Source: Pecten maximus
Lineage: Eukaryota
Length of the DNA: 64,000 nt
NCBI RefSeq assembly: GCF_902652985.1
Contig: NC_047015.1
Coordinates: 17,484,001-17,548,000 of the forward strand
Direction of reading: 5' to 3'
Below are positions 50,775 through 64,000 of this stretch, in pieces (the stretch's first letter is position 1; each line of letters opens with the position of its first letter). The position numbers and the translations under genes were made by a program. Below the pieces are notes generated by a model that was not told the origin of the DNA, made no database searches, and worked only from the letters and a program-made list of their open reading frames with translations.

Positions 50775-53700
50775 ATGATAGCCGGTTACAGCGCTACTGT
50801 CCAGACAATTCTGGGAACATTGTTTACATGGGGACTCACAGCAGCTGGAGCAGGACTGGTGTTTGTGTTCCAGAGCAATCAGGTACGTTATTGCGTCTGA
50901 AATCGGCACAGGTGTGTTTACTATACTGTATTACTGGTGTGTGTTACGTTACGTATCTTCTTCTTTAATGATGAAACCTGCCATACTATGGCAAGCCGTT
51001 TTAACATTTAATCCCATTTCCTCTTAAGGGGATGTTTTTTCACTTAAGTGAAAAAATAATTTCACTTAAGTGAAAAAAACATAATGCAAATAATTTATTC
51101 ACCTTAAGGTGAAAAGAATTTCACTTAAGTGAAATTCTTTTTCACTTAAGTGAAATAAAACATAATGCAAATAAATGTTAATATCCCTTAAGACAAAAAG
51201 AATTTCACTTAAGTGAAAAAAAATTATGTGCAGACATAATGCAAAATACTTGTCCCTTAAGTGAAATTCTTTTCATCTAATGTAAATAAAACTGACCATA
51301 TGTCCATAAAGTCACTCTGTCCTCCTATCCACCCCATGGTATAATGGAATGAACCCCTTGGACCTGTCAACTAAGAAACAGCTTGAGTAAACTTTAACTT
51401 TGATACGTTCTTATCACTTATCATAATGGAAATAAATAAAACATATATTTAATGGAATTAAAACATAAGTGAAAGTAAATCATATGGGAAATAGTATTGA
51501 TTTTACTAACAACAAATGAAGTAGAGAAAAGGTCTCGAATTGGTCAGAAATTAAACACCCAATGCTTGGTCAATAGATGGACTAGTCCTTATCTGATTCA
51601 TGAGAGTGGGTGTCCTATCTACGCAACAGTAGCATTTGCATTATGTTTTATTTCACTTAAGTGAAAAAGATTTTCCCTTAAGATGAATAAAATTTATTTC
51701 ACTTAAGTGAAATTCTTTTTCACTTAAGTGAAATTCTTTTTCACTTAAGTGAAATAAAACATAATGCAAAAAAAAGTCTTTTAACCTTAAGGTAAAAAGT
51801 ATTTCACTTAAGTGAAATGAATTTGAAGCATATTTTGCCTTAAGAGGAAATGGGATTAAATGTTAAAACGGCTTGCCATAAACCCGTCAAAAATGACGAT
51901 TACGGTCACTGGATCGTTGGATGCTTTTAAAAGAAATAAAAAGTGCGGGGATTTGGGTACAGTGAGAGGGTTATTTTTTTTTTATTAATTTTTTAGTGGA
52001 AACTATAGGATAAAAACATCTGCGTTAACGAAGCTGTGGGCGACGGACGGACGATATCTAGCAAATGTCCGAAAGCAGTGTAGGCAGGGTATGGACATCG
52101 TCGGATACCCACGGCTAATTGCACTACGCTTACACTACAATTAACACTGGGAGATAAGTATAATTTAGCGTCCGACGATATGTAATACCATGAACAACAA
52201 AATGTATTAAGACACATTGTATTTTACAATAATATTCATATAAGAGACTGTATTTTACAATAATATTCATATCAGAGACTTGGTAACGCTATCCACTGAC
52301 TGACTGAGACTACACTCGCTTTATGGATATTGACAGCTTGGCTATCATATTAACATACTAGGTGGCGCGGAACTGGAAATACGTCAATTTAATTTTAAAA
52401 TTATAATGGACATTTTATGACAGCATCGCACAAAAAGTCATCTGGAAACTTTTTTGCAGTTTATCGAAAAATTAGTATGGAAAATATTAATTCACTGCCT
52501 TGGCTTCAATTTTCAATGAATGAATTACTCAAAGATTGAAATTTGGATTTGTGAGAATAAAAATTCAATATTTTCAAATTGTTAAAATGAATTTTTTTTA
52601 CAAAATATCACAAGTTCCACAACAATTTTATATGGAGAATCATCCACAGTATGTCTATAGTTATAAAACTATAAATAACAAGAAATTCTTATAATAAATA
52701 TTAATTATGCATTTGTGTGTAGATAATCCGGATTTCCGTTTTCCTGTTGCTTTATTTACTCGCGCCCAATGCGGAAACGAAAATTGGGTCGTGGGGTGTA
52801 TTTTGATAATCATTTTAAAATACTTCTTGAGAAAATAAATCAGAAATATTTAACAGGTGACCTCTATAAATGCCAAAGAACACTATTTTGGGTCCATTAT
52901 CTCGTAAAAATATTGATTTCAGGTCCGTTATGTCGTAAATCAGATATTTTGACAATTATTTTAAAATACTTCTAGTGAAAATTAATCTAAGATATTTTAC
53001 ATATGACCTCTATACACACCAAAGAATACCATATGGTGTCCATTCTCTTCTGAAAATATCGATTTCGGGTCCATTATTGGCCATTTCTGTAATTCAACTC
53101 CGACGACAATCGGGCTGCGAATCGCGAATGATTAAAACATTGATTTAAAATACTTCTCAGTCAAATAAACCCCTAATCTTTTGCATATGATCCAGTTGGG
53201 CATTTCAGAACATATATTTGGGTCCGTTCTCTGAAAATAATTCTTTTTTAAGCCCCATTTCGAATTCCCTCCATTTCGATAATTCCAAGTCAATTTCGGT
53301 AAAGCCTAAATATCCCAACCGATCTGGGTATCATAGTTTGCAAGATCACAGCCGTATTCGCACATTAATGACCATGTTACGCACAAAATGAGGTTATGTG
53401 TGTGAAATACGTTTGTATTTGAGTATATTTTTTTGTATTTGAGTATTTGAGTGTATTTGAGTAAAAAGTCAAGCCGCATTGCATGTACCTGTTTAAACTG
53501 TATATTATAAAGTGACGTTACTCTATCTTGTCGGTTTCTTCCCCGACTACAGCTTAAAATGGCACTTTTTTTGTAACATGTAATGAAAGAAGCAGCGACA
53601 CGTGGAATATGAAAATATTCAGTATCTGCCTGCATTACTTTAGGGTGTCGATATACATATATGTATACGTGTGTAAAGTTTTGCGTTTTGTAGCAACAAA

Positions 53701-56700
53701 CAAATGCATATGATTACCTGGCTATGAGGTACATTGTGTTGTTTATGATAAAACAGACTTATTTATAAAACCACATATATGTATTTTTGGCACAGGTACA
53801 TTGTACTTGATCATTTTATAAGAATAAGATGCTTTAATTTCTCAAAATTTTATTAATAAAACCAAAAAAAAAAACATAGCGGCCTTCAAAATTTTAAGAC
53901 CATTATATGGATTGTTATCTTTATAAACTTTTGAAATTATAAGCATCTGATTCTTATAATACAATGACAGTGCTCTCTACTCCCCTGTCAAATTTAATGG
54001 AAAAGTCTCGCCTATATCCAGAGGTACCATGTACATGTATATGTGATTTTGGGTATAGCACATGCGAAAATAATAAAAACTACATGTACATATGAAATAT
54101 TTACGTACCCAATAAAGGAACATTATAATTGTCTCACCAAAAATGCACATTATATATGAGAGTGTAGAAATATTAAAGTAATACAGTGTTATGTGTGCAT
54201 GTTTAATGGTCCTACCTTTAATTTGATCAGCTGATTGTAATGTTCAATGTTCATAGATAAGGAAACTGACAGCTTGTATACTGGCTCAGTAAAAGTGAAG
54301 CCTATAAGTATTGGCTCTTTTTATTGCAAAATATTTTATTGTTAACACAACAAGGATAATACAAGTGGTACAATGTATAATGTAGAAAATATTACAGTTG
54401 TGTATTAACTAAAGGGAGCAAACCTTTTATAATTATTTACTCTAATGACATACCTTACAGGGTGATCCTGTGATTCCTTAGGGATGAGATAACTCATTCT
54501 CACACGGGGTAGGAAAAGATAACTGGCAAGCGCTATGATACAACTCACAATAGTGTAACGTCATAATTTATGTACAGTAACCATATGCATGCCGCAAATT
54601 CATAACGTTATCAATTCCAACACATATTTTCATGGGACATTGATGATAATGTGATGAAAAAGATTTACAACTCCTTACAATTTGTCACTGTAGACAGTGA
54701 TATCTCAACCTGTGTGTAAGAATGTAAGATTCTATTATTCTAGCTATACATACTGTAATCTACACCAAATGTATTGTCCTTACATAAAATACAGATAAAT
54801 TTGGGCAATATCCATGTATTTTCACCCTCATTTTGTTTGGCTAAAAGTCATTACACATGTACTAAGTAGTAACTATAATGTAGTACGTGTTTAGTAGATT
54901 TTAATTAGAACAATACAAACAGAAAGCTCTTAATCATTCTTATTCATGTTTCAAAGTCAGATATTGGTTTGTTACAGAGAAAGGTGTTGGATGCCAGCCT
55001 GGGCTTTGCTGCTGGTGTAAGTATACTTATCCTACAAGAATAAAGAATATTTTCAAGAAACATTTTTCAGAAATGTTGGATTCTTTAATCAATAATACAG
55101 TACTGAATACATTCTCTCATTATCTCTGCTTAATTATGTCACCCTCACTCTATGAAAACTGTTGTTTATATTATCACACAATTTTATTGTGTAGTAATGT
55201 TACTATCTATGTCACTCATTATGACCATTCACTCAGTAAGGGTGTTCAGACATACATGTAATGGTGTAGAGTATATATATAAGGTCACCTTACTGGCTCA
55301 GACTGGTATGACTTGTTCTGTAGTCTGGTGGTCAGGTGGCTGCATATAGGGGGTACAGTCGTTTTGGTTTTTGGTCGTTTCGGTACTTCAAATAAACAGT
55401 TGTTTCGTTTCTTTTTGGAAGTCACTCAGTTCGGCATATTTTTTTTCAAGTCGTTTTGGTACTCTAAGAGTTGTTTCAGTATTTCGTTGAGTTTTCATTA
55501 ATAATGGTAACTAACTGGTTGTTGATTTGTTCATACATGCAATCATGCACATCGCACTTCAAACTTATCCCGTCGTGCAACACTTGTTTCCTTAACTGAG
55601 TAGATCAGAGTACATTGTACAGAAAATCAAAAAGATCTATATAATTTGGCCAAATATATAAAAACTGCTAATAGAAGACGTGATATTGCATTAAATTAAG
55701 CTAACTTCTTGAGAGTTTATTAATCACAATATAGTTATTATTATATGCAGTGCTAGATATCTCTCTACACTTCTAGGCGTACTGTAGGTGCGATAGTGGT
55801 GAGTGTGTGTTTTTGTTTATATGTTAAATGTTATATTGCACTGTATATATGCACAACTGATGAGCGGTATAGCTCAAAGTAATAAATGAACTTGAAATTG
55901 TAGCTAGAAGTAATTATCAACTTGTCATAAAAATGTGAGTATCACTCACAAAATTATCAATATTATCATCATGGCGTCGGCTGATATAAGTATCAGATGT
56001 GACATCATTGTTCGGCCTAGACAGGAAGAGATACAGTAGTGAAGCAGATGGCAGCACCGAACTTGCGGAAGCATTTAAATGAATACAATTTATTTGATTG
56101 AAATATACGTGTTATATATACGTCCTGTTATACTAAGCAATTTATTTGATTGAAATAGTGGATTAATGTAATATCATGTATGTTTATGATATTAACGTTA
56201 ACTGATACCTTTTTATATCAACGTGTAATCTAAATCTATATTATTTGCTTAAAATAAAATCTGCTTTCATCATTTTCATTGTAATTTGGCAACAAGTAAA
56301 ACTTGTTCAAACAACCAAAATTGGTGGGAATAGATATATGTGGTACAATTTTAGATATAGTGAGGTCATCTAACCTCGGACCAGTACGTTTGTATAGGGA
56401 CTCTAATTGTAGCTTGTGATGGATACAAGGTGATGATAATAGGAGATACTGAAATCATTGAACAATAATGCAATTCCATTTACAGTTGAGTGTAAGCTAA
56501 CCTTTACACCCTAGTCCTAGTGCACTATGTTTAAACTAGTATTGCACTTCGTTTAAGCTACAGGTAAACTAGTAGTGCACTACGTCCAGTCAGGTGTGAC
56601 CACAAATCCCCCTATACAGGTAATGGACAGTGCCACTGGACACCTGTGTTAGATACCTGTAGTTGTTACTTTATATCTGTCATCCTGACTTTACCATGTA

Positions 56701-59700
56701 TATTTAAATTTTGATGAAATTTTATCTAATATTAACTCAAAATAAAATTGGCTGCGGTTCTTATATTACATATTTTTTTTTTATAATTTACTTTTTATTA
56801 CTTTTTAAGCAATACAATGTACATACATTATATATATGATTTGCTCATCAGGTCAGTTACTGCAAAATCAATCGCACACTGCATCACATATATGCACCCA
56901 CCCATTCTCAAACACTTTGCTAGAAAAAACATTCATGTTTCCAATATCTGTAATATATGTCATTTTATCATCCATTATAACTATACACGTCACTCCATAC
57001 ATGCATACAAATATGCTAGAAAACATATCACTATTTTCCACATCATTCCATATACACATGCACAATATATGCTAGAAATCATGTCAATCTTATACACATC
57101 ACTCCATACATACATACAAAGTTTGCTAGAAATCATAACAATCCTGTACACATCACTCCATACACACATAAAAAATATGCAGGAAAACATATCAATGTTT
57201 CACACTCCATACAAACATACACTAAGCTGAAAAACATATCAATGTGACACTTCACTCCATACATACAGAATATGCTGGAAGACATATCAATGTAACACCT
57301 CACTCCATACATCAATGTAACACCTCACTTAATACATACAGAATATGCTGGAAGACATATCAATGTAACACCTCACTCCATACATACAAAATATTCTGGA
57401 AGACATATCAATGTTACACATTACTCCATACATACAAAATATGTTAGAATAACTACATATACACACATATGCTAGGAAACATATCAATGTTACACATAAT
57501 TCCATACATACATATAAAATATGCTGGAAGACATATCAATGTTGTAGAGTAACTACATATATATATATACAATATATTAGGAAATATATTAATGTTTTAT
57601 AATTAATGTATACAATAAATATATCCATCAAATCTAACATAAAATATCCTAGAAACATCAGTATTTTAGTATCCACATAACTTATAGAAGGACATTAGAG
57701 ACATTAGAAAGGAGACAAAAAGAGAGAAAAAGAAAAATAATAATAACAGGGAAAAAGGGTTCTTTTTTTAGAAATTTAATTTCAGCAACATTATTGATTT
57801 ATCTTTAACTGTTTAATTAATCATCAGTACATTGTATTGACTATGAAAGGGAGAGAAATAAAGACAGGGAAAGAAAGAATGAATAGAGAGGAGAAGAAAG
57901 TTTAGATACTTATATCTGTTTAGATGAGTTGAGATGGTGGAACACAGGATGACTGTATGCATGTATAATATAATTTATTTATTTTTTTCGTACAAATAAG
58001 GTAAATCGGCTATATGAGAAGGGCGATCAGATTACTAATTCACTGAAGGAAGCTAGCAACTTAACCTGCAAGTAATGGAGATGCTAAAGTTCAAATAAAA
58101 GAATAATGACAATAATAATAGTGTAATGAAACAACATAACTATAACATAATAAGTCTGTCCCATTTCTTCCATTCATTTTCAAATTTATTTCTAGCATTT
58201 TCACCCTTACCTATAGCGATGTATTTTTGAATCATATAATTGTCCTTTATTATGTTAATGAGAGAGTTTATATTTAGTGAGCTATGTAGACATCTCACTC
58301 TGTAAATGTATTGCTTTATGATGATGATAATTTCATTATCTACTCTGTTACTGGGAAGTAAATTCTGATGAAGGATGCCAAAAAGAAAAGTTTTTTTATT
58401 TACAGAAAATGGGATTATCAGAGCTTCCATTAATAAATCTAGACTATTAAGTAATTTTTGTACTTCTCGACAGTCCCATAAAAGATGGGTTATAGTTTCT
58501 GGTTCAAAATTACATAGTACTCTATCAGAGCAATGAGAAATGGCAGGTCATATTAAAAACTTACATCAATATGGATTGCCTTTCAAACTGTGGTTCAGAA
58601 TATATTCAGGTGTGTATTAACAAGTGTAAAAATAAATTTTGGAAAGATGTTTTAAAATCATGGTACATTTTAATTTCAAAATATCATAATAAATTTATCC
58701 AGGAAAACTTGCTGAAATTTCCTATTTGGTATAACAGTAAAATCAAAATAGGAGGGAAAGCTATCTTTTATAAGAAATACTACAAGAAAAACGTTTGTAT
58801 AATAAATGATTTGATAAAAGAGGCTAACACAGGTATATTTTACACATTTGTTGAATTTATTAATAAGTACCAAGTAAACACAAATTTCTTGCAATATCAT
58901 GGCCTAATTTCTGCAGTTAAAGATTTTATCTCATCATATGATATACATAATCATAGGATATTTTATCCATATGTACCTGGATAAACTGACTTGGTGCAAA
59001 ATTTACAAAATGCCATTTCATGTAACATCAAACACAAAACTTCAGTGGTTCCAGTTTAGAGTAATTCATCATGTTCTAACCACTAACTCATTCTTATTTA
59101 AAATTGGAGTAGTTACCTCCCCTCTTTGTCTTATATTACATACAATGTATTGCACAAGAGGAATTGAAACTGTCAATTGGTTTGTAGTGGGGTTTTTTAT
59201 CATTGATTTAAAAAAAATCATTATAGTGTAAAATTAAGGTTATCTTCCTGATTTCAAAATTTTGATTCTGTTCATTTATTTTTTTAGATGTAATTAATAT
59301 ACATTTTATATAAATGATTAATTCTACCTTACATGTAGGCCTTGATGACTGTTTGTAGATTTTTTTTCTCAAGTACACTGTATATGTACATGTATTTTAA
59401 TATTTATTATTTTATCAGACAAAAATATTTTTTAATTCAATGTATTGTTACTTAATTCACTAATATCTGTTAATTCAACCATGAAATTATTTCATAGTAC
59501 ATAATCAAGAATCAGAAGTTTCATATATACTTTATTCTCATTTATGTTCTGTAAGAGACATATAATATCTACACAACAAGTTATGTACTTGTACCTGTAT
59601 GTATAATTGGTACTCTCAGGACATGCCTGTTGTCATGGCCACGTGGGCCCCAGGGCCCAAACCCCACCTCACCACCACCTTATGGACCTCCATAACACCT

Positions 59701-62700
59701 TACCTATATATGTATCAGATGAGGATCAGTCTTAAGGTGTGCCTGTTTTAACACCTGGCTATAGTTTTGTCAAGTCCCCAATTACCCCCCAGGGGTCCAT
59801 TTATAGCATGCTGTGCCAGGCCCCTCTACCTTACTTACCTGTAATTAGCATCTACTACCCATATATAATATCTAACTGTGGATGTTTTTCAAAAAATCAT
59901 TTTTTTTGCGAATCATCAAAAAAAAAAAATATTTATACACATTTTCCTTCACAATAAAGATATTCAATAAATATAGTTTATATGCTGATTTTCTTTGATT
60001 ACAAAAAGAGGTAAAATCCCCATCAGTTATACATTTTAAGGTAAAGAACAATTAATAATTTTCTTAATGCAATAGGGAAACACTTAAATGCTGATCAAAA
60101 TGTATCCCAAAATTTTGTTTTTAAACAATATTGCAAAAAACATGTTAGCGTGAACTGTAAAAAAAAAACCTTTGGCTAAGGTCCACATGATCCACATGTG
60201 TATGTAATATATTTGTTAGCAGGTAACTTATAGAAGAAAATTATGAAATAACAAATACAAGCGTTGTATAATTCAAGTGTTGTATGACAAGTACAGCTTC
60301 AGATACATGAACATGTATGTGTGTTATATAAGCTTAAAACTGTTGCCCTCCCCCTACCCAAGTTGGCCAGTATAACAAAAATGACATTAATTGTTCCCTC
60401 AGGCCATTATCTCATTCTGTGTTACCTGTAACTGATACATGTACCAGATCCAGTATGTTGGATCTTCATCAAAGTATTAGATACCCGCACACGGGTACAT
60501 GTACAGAAATTTCAACTATTTCAGTAAGGAAGATGGAAGGTGTATTACAAGTAACATATACCTTTAATAAACTTAAAATTTTTAATGTAGAACTGTTATG
60601 ATCACTTAATTACCAGTACATTCAAAGAATCTCTTTCTTTACATGTTAAATCAATGTTTAATTAATTTCTTTATGTGTCCAGGTTTCTGACTTTAAGCAT
60701 TGGATGTATATACATAGAATGTACAACATATATTATGGGCTGAATTAGGTTTTAATAAGCATATATCACATCAAAAATGAAATTATGATTATGCTGCTTA
60801 ATTTAATCTGAAATTAAAGTACAATATAAATTAAATGTATCAAATTGAAAATGTTCAAGTAATGATAATTGTTTTCAAATGTTTTATTATATACTTTCAG
60901 GTGATGAAAACAAAATTAATGGAATTAAACATGTAAAATATATAACTGATTAATCAATACAAAATATAAAGTACCAAAAGATAAATGAAACTTGGCTTAA
61001 ACAATTTAACTTAGTTAAAGGATTTATAAAGTAAATCGGTCTTAACTTAGTTACAGTGTATAATTAACAAGAAAAGAAAGGTTGAAATATAACATCAAAC
61101 TATTCAACTTCCAAAACCTTTTTAATAACTCTTTGAATATAACTGCTAGATAGCCTTACATATACGAGGTACGGACAAAAGCCCCCTTCACACTAATCAA
61201 AAAGTGGACAAAAGCCCCTTCATGAAAAAAAATGATATTTATTTTTCTGATGATTTTTAATTGCTACATATACATATGTCATCAGTGGCTTCGGCAATGT
61301 AAACAACCGGTTCCAACAACAAGTACTTGAACTGTCTGTTACACAAACAATAAGCTGTTAAACAGGTGTTTGGTAGGTTTTTCATTGATGTTGTATTCTC
61401 TTGGAAAGAAATATATCATTAATGGCTTCATTGTTTCTTTGATTTTAATCATTCCTAAAATTAAACGTATTACAACGCAGAGCAACATGTTTGGTTAGGT
61501 ACTTATTATATTGTAATTTGAGACACCGTAAATAGGGATCAAAATTTAATGTTTATTGCTTTTGTAGGCATTTCTTTGATTAGCAATATTTGCAGTATAT
61601 TAGGAAGTCAAAAATTATGTGTTATCAGTAACAATTTGTTCATCATGGAGAACTTTCCTGAAATTTTTAGCTGACTCTCCAAATTTCAGAGATAAAAACA
61701 ACAATATAAATATATAGTTTCTGTTTTTCAAAAGTACAGATTTATTTAAAGTATACCAATTTATAAAGAAGGGGCTTTTGTCCGGGGGGGGGGCTAATGT
61801 CCAGGGGGGCTTTCGTCCGGAGGGGCTTTTGTCCTAGGGGCTAAGGCTAATGTCCGGGGGGGGGGGGGGGGGGGGGGGGGGGCTTTTGTCCTACACTCAC
61901 ATATACAGTACAGGTAAAATCACAGAGGTAGCCTTGGGTACTGCCCATTACCTGTATGGGGGTTTTGCTGGTCATCACCTCTTAGGGTGTAGTGCACTAC
62001 TAGTTTACCTGTAGTTTAACTGTAGTGCACTACTAGTTTAAATGTAGTGGGTACTAGTGCACTAGGTGTAAAGGTTAGCTTACACTCAACTGTAGCTTGA
62101 AAGGGAAGACTATTATTGAATATTACAAGCATAGTCTATCTCAGGGACATTTTTCTGTTAGAGTTTTCTCCCTTAGTTCATTCAGAATACTTTATAAAAA
62201 TATCATTACAATTGTCTATCTAAAAAAAACAACTCTTAAGACGTTTATTATTGGTATAAATTAACACTTATGCAATTACTGAAACTACTTTTGTAAGTAC
62301 CGAAACGACCGAGTACCAAAACGACTTTAATTTGCATATAGTATGTGCAAGTTAGAACCTTGGCACGGACAGATTATTTCTCAGTACTGCTCTTTCCTAT
62401 TACAGATTTGGTGCTATTGACCACTTAAATGTAAGCTATAGGCAATTGAAAAACTTCCTCAGAGCCAAATTTAACTTTGGTTGTTGTTGCCTTTAGTGCA
62501 TAAACTTTGTATAAGAGGGATTCATGTAAAAATGAAGAGCATTAGGTCATGCTAACCTGGTTGGATGTCTGTAAGAGAGAGAGATGTTACCAGTTCCACC
62601 CCAGAGTGAACAGGATAATTTGCATTACTCTTTCTGTTACATACACATTATTAATCTATGCAGCTCTCTTGTTACACTCTCAAGAATCACTCAAAATTTT

Positions 62701-63908
62701 CCCCCTCAAATCTCCAGGTGACGTCACAGATTCATGAGTTGTTGGGATTTCACCATGTTTACCTGTAACACCTGATAGTGTAATTACATGTTGTAATTCT
62801 CATGTTGCCTTTCAGGTGATGACCGCAGCATCCTATTGGTCACTTCTGGCCCCAGCCATAGAAATGGCTGAACGTTCTGGTCTGTACGGAGAACAGGGCC
62901 AGTGGGCCTTCCTTCCTGTCAGTATAGGGTTTATACTAGGGGCCATCTTTGTGTATGGTGCCGATGTTCTCATGCCATATATAGTAAGTATTATTTTATA
63001 TAGTCAGCTTACATTTCCTGAAATGATTGACAGGATATATACATGTAGTTTATATCTCTCACATATGTCTGTTAGTAAAACTACTACAATGCTGTACTTG
63101 TTTGTTTCAGGGAGCCAACAGTTCTAACCTCATTGTCACACTAGAAGCAACTTCATCTAAAGTCGAAAAGGAGGATAATGTACATATAGACTTTAACCAA
63201 ACTAATTACACATCTCGTAAGTATAGATTAATAGAATCTATCATGGGTCTGTTCCGTGGACAGGGATATCTCAACCCGAGTGTAAGAGTTTGGCCAGTCA
63301 GCACGAGGCTTGCCGAGTGCTGGCCAGCCAAACTCTTACATGAGGATTGATATATCCTTGTTCACGGAACAGACCCATGATTGATTATTTTGCTCAAATA
63401 CTTGCAACCAAACGTAAGTTTTTATGAAAGTTTTTCATCACACCATCTTCAATGCTCCTTGGAATGTGCGTCAAAATTTATGACGTCATCATTTACGACT
63501 TGGTTACTTAACGTAAAATGATGATGTTACGTTATTGTGAGCAGCGTCATATAGCGTGTACCAGCTGTTTAGCAACTTAAGATCTCCTCCCTCAGGTTGA
63601 GATCCCTGTCTCACTCCCAAGTGGGTGAAAGATCATTTCTAGAAAAATATTAAACTGCTGATGAAAAAAACCCTGCTGTACCTGTTATATATAGATATGA
63701 TATACAGGTGTATTTGATGTTTCAGGAGAACCATTTTCATTAACAACGAATCCTGCCCAGCGTAGGAAACAGCCCAGTATAGGCCCAGAGTCACACAGGG
63801 ATGATATAGACATAGAGGAACACAACCTAGGAGGGGCGACCTCTGTAGGCATTCAGTGGAAACGCATACTGTTACTAATTATAGCAATAACTATACATAA
63901 CATTCCAG
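50775..63908 (+). CDS. SLC39A11: Zinc transporter ZIP11 (GufA subfamily), first five coding exons; continues off the right end
   Basis: Exons 50775-50882 (MIAGYSATVQTILGTLFTWGLTAAGAGLVFVFQSNQ), 54978-55016 (RKVLDASLGFAAG), 62816-62983 (VMTAASYWSLLAPAIEMAE..), 63111-63216, 63726-63908 (..WKRILLLIIAITIHNIP, TM4 metal motif HNIPE). GT-AG boundaries, phases 0,0,0,1,1. Confidence 0.96.
50987..51880. mobile_element. MITE with ~43-bp TIRs, TA ends and internal TTTCACTTAAGTGAAA palindromes (ZIP11 intron 1)
   Basis: tatggcaagccgttttaacatttaatcccatttcctcttaagg / ccttaagaggaaatgggattaaatgttaaaacggcttgccata. Confidence 0.85.
56773..59128 (-). mobile_element. 5'-truncated, 5'-inverted L1/Tx1-clade LINE with poly(A) tail and 14-bp TSD
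   Basis: TSD TCTTATATTACATA at 56759-56772 and 59129-59142; T10 tail at 56773-56782. ORF2 C-terminus on minus (58520-58140, LCNFEPETITHLLWDC...KW). Upstream ORF2 part on plus (58522-59129, FWKDVLKSW, PIWYNSKIKI, zf-RVT KLQWFQFRVIHHVLTTN). The long 3'UTR holds a degenerate ~50-bp repeat (56980-57600). Confidence 0.85.
61166..61898. mobile_element. Non-autonomous TIR element with 8-bp TSD ACATATAC and G-rich subterminal repeats
   Basis: gaggtacggacaaaagccccc / ggggcttttgtcctacactc; TSD at 61158-61165 and 61899-61906. Confidence 0.75.
63228..63641 (-). mobile_element. Second Crypton-like non-autonomous element (ZIP11 intron 4)
   Basis: Terminal TTAATAGAATCT and a ~150-bp hairpin (63235-63386) with loop CGAGGCTTGCCGAG, both shared with the 20734-21595 element; half-arm copy at 63579-63641. 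Confidence 0.6.
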
Positions 63909-64000
63909 GTAAGTGTAAATGGCTATTGTTCTGACAAGACTTGACCTGTCCTAATGAGCACACCCCACCATTTATTATTGGGAGTCAGTGTGCTGTTGGT

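Larger units (their letters stand above)
56483..62092. mobile_element. Nested non-autonomous TIR element with TA TSD (Tc1/mariner-like)
   Basis: ta|cagttgagtgtaagctaacctttacacc..tagtgcacta versus tagtgcactaggtgtaaaggttagcttacactcaactg|ta; inverted repeats exceed 100 bp. Confidence 0.8.
55350..62332. mobile_element. Outer TIR element (Mutator-like, 9-bp TSD TGCATATAG) hosting nested insertions, ZIP11 intron 2
   Basis: TIRs agtcgttttggt..ggtcgtttcggtactt / aagtaccgaaacgacc..accaaaacgact; TSD at 55341-55349 and 62333-62341. Confidence 0.75.

Overview
Eukaryotic, AT-rich, intron-rich genomic DNA. The repeat families (HINE/Helentron, Crypton and tRNA-SINE types) suggest a bivalve mollusc, probably an oyster; this is inference. 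Three spliced protein-coding genes can be reconstructed exon by exon with consistent GT-AG sites and phases. (1) A minus-strand adhesion-GPCR-like gene (signal peptide-EGF-pentraxin/LamG-HormR-GAIN; 9 coding exons 17906->2949) runs off the left edge and probably has a long uORF-rich leader reaching ~35.5 kb. (2) A complete RNF181 RING-H2 E3 ligase (+, 37972-42982, 6 exons, 156 aa) lies head-to-head with it. (3) The 5' part of zinc transporter ZIP11/SLC39A11 (+, 50775->63908) runs off the right edge. About a third of the window is some 17 mostly unrelated minisatellite arrays (19-77 bp units); these create nearly all long ORFs in the track, which are artefacts. The most notable pattern is tandem arrays built on splice signals: an amplified 5' donor of a GPCR exon, a quadruplicated in-frame 3' acceptor inside the RNF181 RING domain, and a ~58-copy array whose 46-bp unit looks like a complete mini-intron (GTAAG...CTAAC...TAG). 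Other highlights are a 4-kb satellite palindrome hinged on a SINE tail, a twin-primed L1/Tx1 insertion inside a nest of four TEs with readable TSDs, and two Crypton-like elements sharing a terminal hairpin architecture.
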